From contig CM102290.1 in NCBI GenBank assembly GCA_046563655.1, forward strand, positions 13,950,001 through 14,014,000: 64,000 nucleotides of DNA, written 5' to 3'. Shown piece by piece: positions 25,706 to 38,729 of the stretch. This DNA comes from Yuukianura sp. NJ FZ-2021 (taxonomy: Eukaryota). Both the position numbers and the translations under genes were made by a program. The first letter of the stretch is position 1, and the number at the start of each line of letters is the position of its first letter. The notes beneath the pieces were generated by a model, which made no database searches, was not told the origin of the DNA, and saw only the letters and a list, made by a program, of their open reading frames with translations.

Positions 25706-25720
25706 GAGGTCAATGACCTC
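25706..25720. promoter_or_regulatory. Perfect IR-1 palindrome, copy 3
   Basis: GAGGTCAATGACCTC in spacer block 25600-25840, which is near-identical to 13293-13540. Confidence 0.5.
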
Positions 25721-25917
25721 AAAACACAAATTACACGAGAATACTTCAGTGATGGATGTCAGTGGACTAAAACTACTAAATTCAATTATTCCTACAACAA
25801 CATTAACTAAAGAACAAATTGAACTAATAAAATTAGCACAGACAAACTGAATGGGAAAATACTTGTTTAGAGCATAATTTTTCCACTCATTTTTTCTGTA
25901 ACTTTAAAAGTACCATA

Positions 25918-26749
25918 TCGAGTGTTCCAAAATTAACTACGACGCTTCAAGTGAAAGGTGAAAGTAAAGTAGGCGGGGCGAAGAGGACGAGAGGTACACC
26001 ATGGAGGGAAATTCGTGGTAAATCACATTGTGGTAAAGCAATCCCAAATAATCGTTTCCATTGATGTTTTTGTTTTTTGAAAATAGGTTAACGATTATTT
26101 CTTTCCCGAGCCCATGCTAAAACTCTTGTTTTGTCAGTGGTTTTCAACCCAGCAGCGTCGACAGGTCGTGTTTTTGCCCGAATTCTAGTGTTCTGACGAT
26201 TAGGCATGCCATGTAAATAAAAAATTGCTTCATCGGTCCAGCAAATCCTGAAAGAGGATTTGAAAATGGTGTCAGAAATTTTGACTTCTTCAATGCTTCA
26301 GCGTTCTGGGGAGAGGTAGCGGTGACACGTCTGCCACTTCTTGGCTTATCATGAACTGACCCGGTGACCTTAAACTTTTCAATTAAATGCAGGATTCCAG
26401 AAATACTCACCTCATGTCCAAACCTATTAGAAAAAGCTGCCTCCACTATCCTGGAGCCTCATTTTTGGTTTTCACCTTAGCACGATACTCAATAAACGAT
26501 TCAACCACAAATACTCTTTCTTCAGTATTAAGTCTAACCATAATTAACAGTAATTAACTTTAAAACAATCAAAACTAATCCCAATTAAAACTGAAATCCA
26601 AGTAACAAGAATGAATGACTTGTCAAGTTCAACCGACCGCCAAAGTTTTCCCTCCATGATTTCCTCTCCCGCTCAAATTCCATCCGAAGCGTCTCCACTC
26701 TTATCCACACGAAATGAAAGAGCGTCGTAGTTAATTCTGGAACAGACGA
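25918..26749 (-). mobile_element. Deleted Tc1/mariner-superfamily transposon
   Basis: TIRs TCGAGTGTTCCAAAATTAACTACGACGCT / reverse complement TCGTCTGTTCCAGAATTAACTACGACGCT, TA-flanked; HTH remnant KFKVTGSVHDKPRSGR; out-of-frame WTDEAIFYLHGMPNRQNTRI. Confidence 0.85.
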
Positions 26750-26908
26750 TAGAACCAACCGTGTTAACACTGTCAACTGACAATGAACATTTGGCAATTA
26801 ATCTAACAGTAGCATAACTAAAGTTTTAATTTAATTTATGTAACTTTACTAATACATTATAGTAGTAACTAACAAAATGAAGTGATTTGATTGGACACAA
26901 TTTGTAAG

Positions 26909-27878
26909 TTATGCGTCGACGCAACATTCTTCCCGGTGACGCAACAAATTGCGTTTGTATCTGAACTCTGCCTGGCAACTCCCACAACTAAACGGCTTCT
27001 CATTCAAGTGGATGCGAAGGTGGCGGGTCAAATTATGCCTCAATGAAAACTGCTTGTCACAAAACTTACATGCAAATGGCTTCTCCCCGGAATGGACACG
27101 CGCGCGCATGAGCAGTGAGTGCTGATTTCTGTCTGAACTTCTTGTGGCACACTGTGCACTCGAAGTCCTTCACTCCCGCATGGATCTTCACATGATACTT
27201 CAAGTGAGTGGAAGTGCTGAATTCCTTGCCACATTCCTTGCATGGGTGTGGTTTCTCACCAGTGTGGATCCCAATGTGGTACTTCAAAGCAGTTTCTGAC
27301 TTGAATGTGGCAGTGCACAACACACATGCAAATGGTTTCTCATTCGTGTGTTGTCGCATGTGGATGTCCAGACTTCCCTTCTTCACGGTTGCGTATGTGC
27401 AGAAGTTGCACTGGAATCGCTTGTCTCCAGCGTGGATTCTCAGATGCATCTTCAGATTAATCTCTTCTGTGAATCTCTTGTGGCACTCCGTGCACTGGAA
27501 ACGACGTTCATTTGTGTGTGTGGCAACATGCTCCTCCAAATTCCCTTGTGATGCTGCAGCATAGTTGCAGATTGTGCATGTGAATTTGCTTACTTTTGTG
27601 TGTATGATAAGATGTTGTTTGAGTGCTCCATTTGACTTGAATTTGTTTTTGCAGTGACTGCATTCAACCAATCCCTCGTACGTGTGACCTCTCATGTGAA
27701 TTGTAAGTTGACCTTTCTGGTTGAATGTTTTTGGGCATCTAGAGCAACTGAATGGTCGAACTTCCAAGTGGACTACGGCATGATTGCGTAATGTTACTGC
27801 ATTTTTGAAGTGCTTTTTACATTTGTGACATTCGTACTTGGTTCCTATTCGACTGACATTTGACCTTTGACCTTCCAT
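26909..27878 (-). pseudogene. C2H2 ZF gene ZF-C, 11-finger paralog of ZF-A with a 4-bp frameshift near 27100
   Basis: ORFs 27066-27878 and 26909-27109 are consecutive parts of one gene; CATGCGCGCGCGTGTC versus ZF-A CATGAGCGTGTC. Confidence 0.8.
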
Positions 27879-28765
27879 GTTGTCTCAGCCAGGTTCGTTT
27901 AATGCCTGAGCAATACACAACAAGCGTTATAACTTTTTACAAATTTTTCAAAGTAAATATTATACTTCCAGCACAAAATCACAATTTTTTTTACCCTAAT
28001 GCTGACTCCAACTATGCAGTGTCCGGCACTATGCCCACTCCCTCGGAGGTAAATGTACACTTGACCTCTTGCTGCGTTACCTTGACCTCTGACCTTGTCT
28101 TGCGAGAGTCACACTGGAACCGTCCTTCCTACTCCGCTGCTTCTCTGCTTCTGACTGGACGAAGGCTCCTCTTCCCTCCAAGAAAACTGCCATTTCAAAT
28201 GGCATCCCACACACAAAACAGCATTTTTGCATCTTCCAAAAATTCATAATTTTGCTAAAAAGTTGTAACCTCGTGGATCACTAGATTTGCAAATGAATTT
28301 GCCCTCTGTCAAGCATTTCATATCTTGATATCGCACAATCCATTTACATTTTACATAATTTTTGCAACAGAAAATTAATTTTTTTTTTATATTTTTGTAC
28401 AGTGTCTAGGCTGTAATGAAAACTGTAATTAAAATTAATTAGCAGTTAGGATAACTGCGATTAACCATTAACCGGATCAATAGTTTATTTAGCTAAAGGT
28501 AAATGTAAAACAAGTATTATTTCAAATGACACAAAAAATTGACCATTGCAGCTTCAACTGTTGATTTTTTTGTCCCGCCAGTGAATAGCACAACAGTTAC
28601 CCTATTTGAATCAGTACTAACCAAAAAACACTGCAATTAATTGAATAATTAATGTAATTCAATTGATTCTGTAGACACTCTACTACTAAGGAGTATATTG
28701 CTGGACAGCCACCTGAAGACAATTTGGTTTCTTTTAAAAAAAAGTCGTCGATATCCTTCTATACT

Positions 28766-31700
28766 TTAGTGAATTCTCGTCAGATCTTCGACGATTTTGA
28801 TGAGATCGTCCACCGTCGCCGAAACTTTGGTTCCCGATTCCGATACAATCTAAGGAAAAACGCATGAATCGTTAACAAATTGTTAATCACACAATCGATT
28901 AACTAATTAGTTCAGATATACTTACTTGTAATCCCGAAACGACTTGTTTCATTTGTTCCCTCGGTAGATCCAGGAAGCTCTCAATGAGGTCACCGTCAAT
29001 GAAACCTTCACAGGGCTCTTGCTTTCGATCGTTATGAAAACTACGCCAGTACGCATGCTCAATCTTCCCAATTGGCTTGATTACTCTCACAAGCCTTTCT
29101 TGCACTTCGAGTAAAAATTCGTAAAAGTCATGTGGGATTTGAGTGACGAGACCCACGGAGCCAGCCACCGTTCCAAACAGAATACTGCCGAACGTTTGAG
29201 CACTCGTGTCACCCAAATGCTGTCGAACCAAAGAACCATGTCGAATAGTATTTATCATATCACCCAGAAAAATTCGGCCGCCATCTTGCATCTGAGACCG
29301 CTCTTCATCCGTAGCAGCACCACTAAAACCAAAATCAACATTTACTTCAACTTAACTAATTAACATTTTAAAGTTAAACTAATTCAATCCATACCCTTCT
29401 TTGGTACAAACGAACAAATTGAAAGCATTGTCTGCTCCCAAAAACGTATCGTCGTCAATAATTTCTACGGCAGTCATCCAGCTCGGATTGTAATCACGAG
29501 CAATCTACCAAAAAAAATCATAAAAATCATCACTCCAAACTCTTCGATTACTTAAGTTAATCGATTACTCAATTAGTTCTTACCTCTTCAAATGTTCCTT
29601 CCATACTTTTGTACTGCAACAGGGTGATGGATCGCATAAGGTCTCCCACCAACACAAATTCTCCTTTGGCTTTCAAGTAGAGTGCAAGAATGTTATTAAA
29701 GTGACTGCATTCCACTCGCAGCTCCTTCTCTGAAGTCCACTCAAACAATCGAACCTGGAAATTCAAAATCAATAATGTTAAACTTTCATTTCAAATTTCA
29801 GAAAAAAGTAATTTTCAAAAAACTCTTACAGTGCTATTTATCGCTGCCAATAGCTTTCCATTGAATGCAGCCAAAGAGTAGCACGCTCCACGAATCTCCT
29901 TCTCTCCTACTTGTTGTAACTTCCCATCGACATATTGAAAGATAATAATTCTGCCTTGTTTTGGTTCACCTTCGTCCGGAACTACTGTGGCAGTTCCAAC
30001 AACGTAATACTGCGCAGGATCTTCTCCCAGTTTACAAGAAATCATGCTCAGAGCAAACTCAGATTGCATAAACTGATGAGCATGAAGAACTGTAAGTAAT
30101 CCAAATCAATTAGATTAATCAAACTTCCGATTAATCATTGATCTAAGCTGAGAAATGATAAGTTTCAAACCTTCAAACGTATGTTGATCCAAAATGAGCA
30201 AATTGTAAACTTCCATATCCTGACCATACTCCAAGTTCGTTGACAGAAGTGTTGCTGTTGTCATTGCAGAAGTTGACGACGGTCGAATTAAAGTCCCTAC
30301 AGACGACGAACAGCTGACACTGCAATAGTCAAACATATAGTAACGTCGTTAGTAATCGGTAATCACAAGTAATCGAGTAATCCACGTTTAAGTAATCGAT
30401 TACCTCGTGGTCAAAGTACTGGCCGATTGACGAAGCGGGGTCAACCCCGAACTTTCCATAATGTCCACTCGGAATGTGATGACACCAAAAGTCTGTGATG
30501 ATTCTTGATATGCAATTCTTCTGGGTGTTTCTCCAAGGGGAACAGTCCGTATATGCAGTTTCTGGATTTCATCAATCGTTCCAATTGTCAACGAGGACTC
30601 AGTAGCCAGAGCCAAACTGTCTGGAAATGCTGAAGAGTTGAGTGGACACATGTGAGTCACTTCACGGAGGTTGACATTGGAAAAGACGAGTTTGTGATTA
30701 GACCAGTAGATGACAGTGGGACGATCTGAGCATGCAAAGACACTGGGAGTTGACTGACTTTGGAAGAATCTCAAAACTGTCGGTTGTGTTCCAAGAGTCA
30801 CCTGATTTCAACAACAACAAAAAGTTAGCCTATCCAGGATTAGTTAGCTTAATTAATTTTAACATTCAATTAACCATTTCTCACCTTTTTATTATCAGTC
30901 AAAGCTCCCGTAATGACGTTGAGCGTGAAGTAGTAAAGAGACCCGTCACCCAAGGCACACATCAAAAAACAGTGATCATCAAACGACGCCAAAAGGATTG
31001 ACCGCGGGATGATCTCTGAAAATTTCGAAATTTCGAAAAGTTACTAAAATTTCCATTTCTACATTCTGAAATCTCATAACTCTGAATTCCATACTCTGAA
31101 ATCTGAAATTCTGAAAGAAAAAATGCATGCTAAATGTCATCAGCTGATGCGACTAACCTCCTCTAAGGCTCTCCTTTGTCAACAGTTCCAGTGACGGTAG
31201 TTGAAGAACCAGAACGGACACGTCTGTCCAAAGTCCAATGGCAGCCAAATGAGTCCGTCCGTCCGGAGACAACGGACTGATGTCAATACAAGCAACTTCA
31301 TTTTCCAGAACGCAGTCTCCAACTAACATAAAGGAGCCTTTGCCAATCTCCAAGTAGTACAACTCCGACCCAGCAGCACACACCAATTGAAAACAGTTTC
31401 CTCCCACGACACTCACGCATTTCCCAGAAGGAGGTCGCCATTCACTGAAACAATATTATAATATAATATAAAAATATAATAATATTATATAATATTACAC
31501 ACCAACATATTTTACTTACCACAGAAGAGTTTTTGCAGAAGCATCAATCAGTCTCACTCCAGCTGTGGTCACTTGGACCAGCTGATTATGTGTCACATTG
31601 GATGCCCACAGCGTTTGGCTTGCTTGATTGAAACAAGGCAGGTCGGATTCCTCCACTTCTTCACCAGACAAGTACAAAAACCTAAACACAACAAGAATTT

Positions 31701-33625
31701 TCACTTAATCAAATCAATTAATCAGTTCATTTAGAAACAAGGTTCGTAAACAAAAAAAAAACGTTTTCTACACCAGGTTGTCCAATAACTGGTAGTTTTG
31801 GAGTTTGAAAAAAAAAATCTGCCTTTCTATGGTAATTTTTTGCATGTAATGTAAATAGGATTGGTAAAGAAATTTGAAGTACGATTTTTGGAAAACCTGA
31901 GGTATTGGACAACCTGTTGTAGGAAATGCAATTTGTTGTAATTTCGGTTGTCAAGGAACCTTGGTTGGAAATAAGTTTGAATAGTCACCTTGTATCGCCT
32001 ATACAGCTCACGGCAATCAAATTATCATGAATCGTTTCTCCTCCGACTTTGAGTGCCCACAGTCCCTTGACTCCGGCCATGTCAATCGCAGCATGTTCCT
32101 GGATCCCAATTCCATTTCGAATGATACGCAGAGACCCCTCTTTGTAACTTCCAGAACATGTGATGAGTTGACCTTGACCTTGTTTCTCCATGTCCACAAC
32201 CACCATGTCACTAATTGGAGCCAAATTGGTAAACGACTCCATGAGTGACACATGACTTCCACCTTCGTCCAGTCCAGGATGCAGTTTGATCAGCTGAGAG
32301 TCCCCAAGGCGGGAACCAACAAACACAACTCCATTGTCCAAGTAGGTCATGCACTCCGGTGTAGTAATTTCTCCCAGCAGTTCAAACTTAATATCCTTCA
32401 CTACCAATTCGTCTCCACTCGTATCAGTCTCAAGGAAAAGCATGAAGAGGTTCCCAAGTAGGTCACCAAGGAGATACCGGAATCCGGAACTGTCAATCCT
32501 GGCATATGACACGATCTCACTCTGCTACAAATCAGTTATTAGTTTACTACTAGTGCAATTCTAATTGAGTTAATTAAGTTAATTAGACAGAATCAAATTG
32601 AACCTTCATGGCAGGAGGAGCTACGGCATTACTTGAACTTCCGTTGTGATAGAGAATTGACTCTTGGCCGACGATAAGAGCCCCACCGAGTGGAAGCGGA
32701 ACAGGAATTACCATGGATGAATGACTTTCGACACACTCTTGCTTCCATGTTGTCTGTAACATGAATAGAGTTAATTGATTAATCTAATTGACGTAACTTA
32801 GTAGACTACCTTTGCAAAGTCCTTGTCTTTGAGTGAGATCTCTCTGGCCTTGACGTGTCTTCCGTTTGCGTCTTCATTGATGAGAATGACAGTCGGATTT
32901 GCACAACCGTAAAGGAATTCCATGTCCTGAATAAGCGGCTCTTCCAGCCTGCAAAAGAAAGACTTTTAGAAGATTTTAGTTGAAAGTTGTAATACTATAA
33001 GTGATAAAAGCAAGCAATTAGCACTGAATTACTAATTAGAAGATGTGGAAAGTGTTACCGGATGTTGTAGGCTTTCAACTCAGAATTGTCTTTAGCCAGT
33101 GGGATAATCTTGAGGAGTCCTTCGTACAGTCTAAGTCCAATTACTCGTGCTTCTGGATCAATTATACCAATGATTCCAGACTCACATGGTTTGCCAATTC
33201 TGTCGCCAACATTTCCATGAGCTACTGTAACAAACTCCACATTGTCTCCTTCCCCAACACATTTGAGTACCATTGCATTCCACCGTGAAGTAACCAAAAA
33301 CACCAAATCTTGCTTCTCTTCCTGTCAAACATGAAACAAAAAGTTAAACATAATCTAGGACAAACTAAAAGTTTAGTTTAAGATTAAGAAAGTTAGAATT
33401 TCGTACCTGATATCGAAAGATTTTGAGAACAGCAATTTTGCCATATATCCCAACTTCCTTCATGGGCCGAAGTCCTTCTGGTGTTACAAGGTACAGTTCC
33501 AGTCGGGTATTCTTTGCCATGAGGAAGTTGATGTCGGTGGACGACGTTAAGTTCCCAGTGACACAAGCATTGACTGCTGTAGCCTTATGTGCAGTTACGA
33601 CATAATGATGAGGTACTGTCGTCAT
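28766..33625 (-). CDS. DDB1: DNA damage-binding protein 1, multi-exon
   Basis: [77 protein letters not shown]; ends EDLTRIH*. Confidence 0.97.
31738..31963. mobile_element. Degenerate MITE in a DDB1 intron
   Basis: Ends CAAGGTTC/GAACCTTG; inner IR CAGGTTGTCCAATA/TATTGGACAACCTG; flanks TTTAGAAA and GTTGGAAA resemble a decayed 8-bp TSD. Confidence 0.5.
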
Positions 33626-34448
33626 GTCGATTTTTGGTGGATCTTCCTTTTTCTTAGTTTCGCTCTTCGCTGCCTGGAAGTAATCAAAGTAAACTCGTCT
33701 TAGTACAGTTGACCTTGACATTATGGAAGAAGCTAAGATAGTCTTCAACGTTAGCAAAAGATTTTCGCGAAAAGCATCAGCATCAAGAAAAACGTTCCGT
33801 AACTTACGTTATTTGGGTAGACGTTAAACTCAAAGTAATCCGAATTAATCAGACCATCAATTAGTGTAAAGAATTTCGGCTATCAGACAGAAATAGTTTG
33901 TTTTTGTATTGTACTTCTGTTGAAAGTGTTGACATACCATCATCGTCCCTCCTACTAAAGAAGTCCCACGTTCCTTTGACAGATAAGTGAGACTTACCCA
34001 AAGTAATTCTGCGAGTGCCGACTGGAGCTGGAGTCACCTCAACTAATCAATTAGTTAACTTTGCTCAGAAGTTAATTAATTACCTTAATTTCTTTGTTAA
34101 TTCCACTTATAAGAGGACTCTCTTGCCTCCTTTTCTGATTGATGCCGTACGTTCCAATCCCAGTCGCAGAAACACACTAAATTTTTTTTTTTTAAATCCG
34201 CACTTTCCTACACAACTCTTTTCACCCGCTGCAGAGCTGGGCACTAATTATTTTACTATTATTATTTGTATATAATAATATTATTATTATATTATTACAT
34301 TCTTATTATAAATATTATGTTTAATTATAAATTTATGCTGTTTTTTTATATAAATTAATGAAATGAAGTCGATTAGAAAAGTGATACTTTTTTTTTTCAA
34401 AATTTAGAAATGAAATTTTTCTTTTTTTGTATTTTTGATTTTTTTTTA

Positions 34449-36279
34449 TCAACGCCGCTTAGACTTATCTTTAGCCGTAGTTTTGGCGGAGCCCTTCGTA
34501 GGAGTACTTGGCGGTTTGTATGCAGATCCAGCGCCAGAAGTAGGCGTGACCTTGGGCGGGGGTGCTGTGACCTTGACCTTTGGTATGACCTTTGGTGCTC
34601 CCTTGTCCGTGACCTTTGGCGTGACCTTGTCCGTGACCATTGCCGTGGCCTTGTCCGTGACCATTGCCGTGGCCTTGTCCGTGACCATTGTCGTGACCTT
34701 TGGCATGACCTTGACTTGGACCTGGGTACTTTGGGCCGAAGCGGCTGGAGTTGGGGGTGGAGCTGGGGGGTAATGGATGTCACTTTGGGACGGTCCTAGT
34801 TGTGTTGCAGCAGTAGTGAAGGATTTGGACTCTCGGGCTGCGGCCAAGGCGTCTTCCAGCGTCGCTTGCGCTTGGGAAGCAGCGATTTGCTCTTCCTTTA
34901 TGGCCATCAGATGGAACTCAAATGCTGGATGGGCTTGGAGCGGCAGTTGGATACGACGACAACAGTAAGTGTATGCAGCCAGGACCAAAGTGAAACCAGC
35001 ATGGGCACAGGCAATAATGGCTGCAATGCTCTGAAAACGGCTCATGTTAGCAAAGTTAAGCTCACAATCAAGCGGAATCTTGCTAGACTTGCGCCTTGGG
35101 CGCGTGAAACTTACAAGGGAACTCAGTTTGAACCCAGTCCAGGCACACATTTTGGTAGAATACGCATATCTGAAAAAAAAATAATGAAACTCTTGTTAAT
35201 TTTGATCAAATTTGGAAAAAATGGTTTGAAATTTCCGATAAATGTTACTCTTCAAGCTTCATTCGGGTTCGGTACGGAACGAATTCACGGTAAACCGATT
35301 CACTTTCTTCATGAAACTCTAGACTACAGTAGTGCCTCAGATTTGCGTCATGAAAAGTGATGTTGATTTTCTTGACCTTCATGACCTTGACCATGACATC
35401 TGTGATCCACATGTAGTTCCGGTCATTCAGGAACACCAAAGACACAAAGTAGGACGACATGGCACAAAACATGGCGAAGGCCGTCCAACCATGGTACATG
35501 ATATTCTGAATACACAAAAAAAAACGATGTACAGGCGCCGAAATTTTAAATTTTCATTAAAACTTACATGTTTGCTCAGAAATTTGTGGCGTCTTTTGAG
35601 CTTTGACGTTTTGGATAGGATAATTCGGCCATAAGTGACGTGAGCTGCGGCCACAAATAGAAACATGGCTATTCCTACACACTGGGCAATGAGGTCACGT
35701 GACTCGGCTGCTATGATTTCACGTTTTCGCGGGAAAATTGTGGCGTTGATTTCCCGCCAAATTGATTCGTTCATTGCAAACGTATTGAGGACTTTGTAAT
35801 CTTTGGCCGTTCCGGGCATGACGTAAACGTGGAGCCTTTTGTAAAATTCGGAATCCAATTTGCGCGTGTCATTCAAGTTGTAAATTATGTCGAAAATTAC
35901 GGGAGTAATCGACAGGAGAAATGTCATAATTGACGCAGCCTAACAAACAAAAAGTGTAGTTAACACATTTATATAACATAATAAATTTATAATAAGTTTA
36001 TGTAATAACTTAAGTTACTACGGAAATGCCCTAAAAAGTTTATTGCATTTTAGCCTAAATGTAGATTTTGTAACTTTTTCGTAATCGACGCCAAAACGTT
36101 TCGAGTTCGTACGTCCCGCCGAAACGTTTTTTTTAAGTTTTGACGCCAAATGGTGATTATAGTTAAACGTTCAGTGGAGTTAATTTTTTTTAACTTTTGG
36201 ATTTACTTACGATGATTAAAATGAGGGGGTAGGTAGAAAACCGTACTGCTTTCAGCCTCGTTACTAATTTTGGAAACAT
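34449..36279 (-). CDS. Uncharacterised 4-TM membrane protein with a repetitive Thr/Lys/Pro tail, 4 exons
   Basis: Exon 36211-36279 and the ORFs at 35427-35927, 35245-35517 and 34449-35150 join in phase through GT-AG sites; four hydrophobic stretches; no family recognised. Confidence 0.65.
34600..34700 (-). repeat. Coding 24-bp tandem repeat (MVTDKATA)
   Basis: CCTTGTCCGTGACCATTGCCGTGG units. Confidence 0.85.
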
Positions 36280-37390
36280 TGGAAATTCTAAGAACTAAAA
36301 GTTGGAAATTATGAAAAATTTGAAAATAGCTATACTCTTTTTACACAATTTTACAATTATTTGAGACCTCAAAGGGCATTACACATAAACTAAATACAAA
36401 ATACTTCAATGTGATTGGTCGTCTTGGTGATGTTGAATATGACCTGAACTTTTTTATTTCTGAAAATTTGAAAACCGAAACAAAAGTTCCAAACATTATT
36501 TTTTCTTCTAATTTGTTGTCTAATTCTAACTTTTTTCAGAATTTTTTTTCCATCCCGCAAATCTCCTTGCTTCCGAAAATAACGTAAATCAACAATCTCA
36601 ATTGTGAGAGTTAACTTAATTGCATAATAATTTAGAATTTTAGAAGTTAAGAGATAGGAGACCGCCGAGCCTTGTTTTGTTACATGCTTTTTGATGAAAG
36701 ATTTTTTGAGAAAGTCTTAAGATGTACTAAGATCTAAAGACGTAAATTGTAGACGTGATTCACATCATGTCAGTTTGCAATTCACGGAATCATTTTGACG
36801 TCGTCAATTTTTTTTTTTTTGCTTGTTTTTTGTTGTGACCTACAAAAACAGTGAAACCAAATGCAGACAAGGGAGGAGGGTTAAATTCATCTGCTCAGTG
36901 TTTTGCTGTGTACAGATTTGCAATAAACTCGGCATTTTAATTGGAAATATGTTTAATTAAAAGTTAGCTTGGTGTGAATTAACTTAACAACGTTCAACAT
37001 AAGCTTTAATCCTGTTTTAAGTTCAGACTAACAAAATTTCTATTCAATTGAATTTGCATCCCTTTTGGAACAAGGTTTTTTGAGGTTATAGACTTGGTTG
37101 TTAAAAGGAAGGAAACAATATATTTACAGCTTGGTTGACTTAAGGACACCTCCACAGCATTGTAACCGTAAGTTCAAAGTTAATTGTTAGTTCTGAAACA
37201 TTGCCGTCTCAAGCATTATCTCAAAAAATTTACTCATACAAAGCCTAAAATATTGGTAGTCACTGAACATAGAGTGTAACCACCCATTTAGTCGTTACAT
37301 TAACAAGTAGTTGCAAAGTTATCTTTGAACAAAAATTTATTTTGCTAATTTTATTTCTAGGAAATAATTTGTAAATTTGAGTGCTACGTA

Positions 37391-38729
37391 ATGTTTGAAG
37401 TGTGCTATCTAATTTGCGCCAACACAAAATCTAGAGTCAAAACGGTTGTGATTGTCGAATGGGTAAGTGAAAAAAAAAAGAACTTTTTTAAGACAATCGA
37501 ATTTTGAATATATATATTTTTTTTGCAGATTTTGATTACCATTTTCGCCATACTCTTACTATTGTATGGAATTTTCAATGATAAAGTGGTAGAGTACTTC
37601 ACTAAACTGTTGTACAAAGCAAATCCTGAATTTTTTGTCTTCGAATTTGTTGGTAATTTTCCCTTAAACTTTAACCTTTAACCTTTACCTTAACTTAATG
37701 AAAATCAATTAAATCATTTGATGAATTAACGTAACTTACAATTTAGCACCACTACACCCTCACCTTTTGTTTTTCAGGTATTTCAAGAACTAGAAAGGTA
37801 ACTGAGGCTGATGCTGCCCGCGTTGAGGAAAAAATTAAACGTTACAAAGGACAACTAAGGGAAATTGCAAAAGCTGTGTATCAATGGTACCTCATCATAT
37901 TCATTGGTAACTGCATATTTAAAAAAATATGTTTTCTATTCGAACACCTACTGTAATACTAAAAACAAAGTGGGGTTTGTCTGTCTGTGAGGTGTGTTTT
38001 GTCTTATTTACAACCGTTGCCGCGCAGAGACTTTTCGTGGAGACAATTCGTCGATTTTCAAAAACTTCAAAAAAATGTTTCTTTTTTAATTAGTAACGGT
38101 ATTGTGAAAGGACGATTAAACTCGAAATGGGCGGAGCTCCAGCGAGAGTACGAAGCATTCTGGTTTTACAAAAAAATATTAATAATTTAAGTTTTTTTTT
38201 TTATTCTACAGTTGCCGTTTTTCTGCGACTCGCCAATATTATCCTACTGACGCTTGCAGTACGAAGGGTAAGCTTAGAAACTGAATACTTTGTTCACATC
38301 TATATATGTTGTTTGTGTTAATCTTTCTTTATATAATTATGTTTGCAGAAAAATGTAAGGTTGTGCAAGATTTGGTGCATTGTGAACATGATTCTGTTTG
38401 TACTTGGTTTAATTGGCACCTTCTTCCAATTGATCCAAATGTTTCGAGGGCTTGCAAACTTCCTAAATATTCTTGTGGAAGTGTGCTCCCTTGCATGGCT
38501 CGCTTTTTCGTTGGGCGTCCTTAAGAAGTTCAAGGAAAAGTTGACCCGTGCGCAGGTCAAGGTCAATGACACTGACGAAACAGACGATGAACAAGACCAA
38601 GACAATCAAGTATCAGCGCCTGCTGACGCTGAAAACCCTAAGGACATACCACCACGGGATTCTAAAAACCAAAAGGAAATGTCCGTATGTGGGCGTGTCT
38701 GCGTTTCCTGTGTGGACTGTTTTGTGTAA
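37391..38729 (+). CDS. 4-TM protein, LAPTM/DUF4728-like, 5 coding exons
   Basis: MFEVCYLICA...VEW|ILITIFAILLLLYG...|LLTLAVRR|KNVRLCKIWCIVN...; in-phase junctions; acidic tail. Family call by resemblance only. Confidence 0.65.

Noticed and set aside
27860..27895. TGA aligned to a Cys codon just upstream of the ZF-C and ZF-D ATG as selenocysteine or readthrough
   Set aside because: The upstream frames are independently broken and no SECIS element is evident.
32165..32185. TGACCTTGACCT in DDB1 as part of the AGGTCA arrays
   Set aside because: It encodes the conserved QGQGQ peptide, so protein constraint explains it.
36095..36132. AAAACGTTTCG...CGAAACGTTTT as a second hammerhead
   Set aside because: Simple hairpin with no CUGANGA core.
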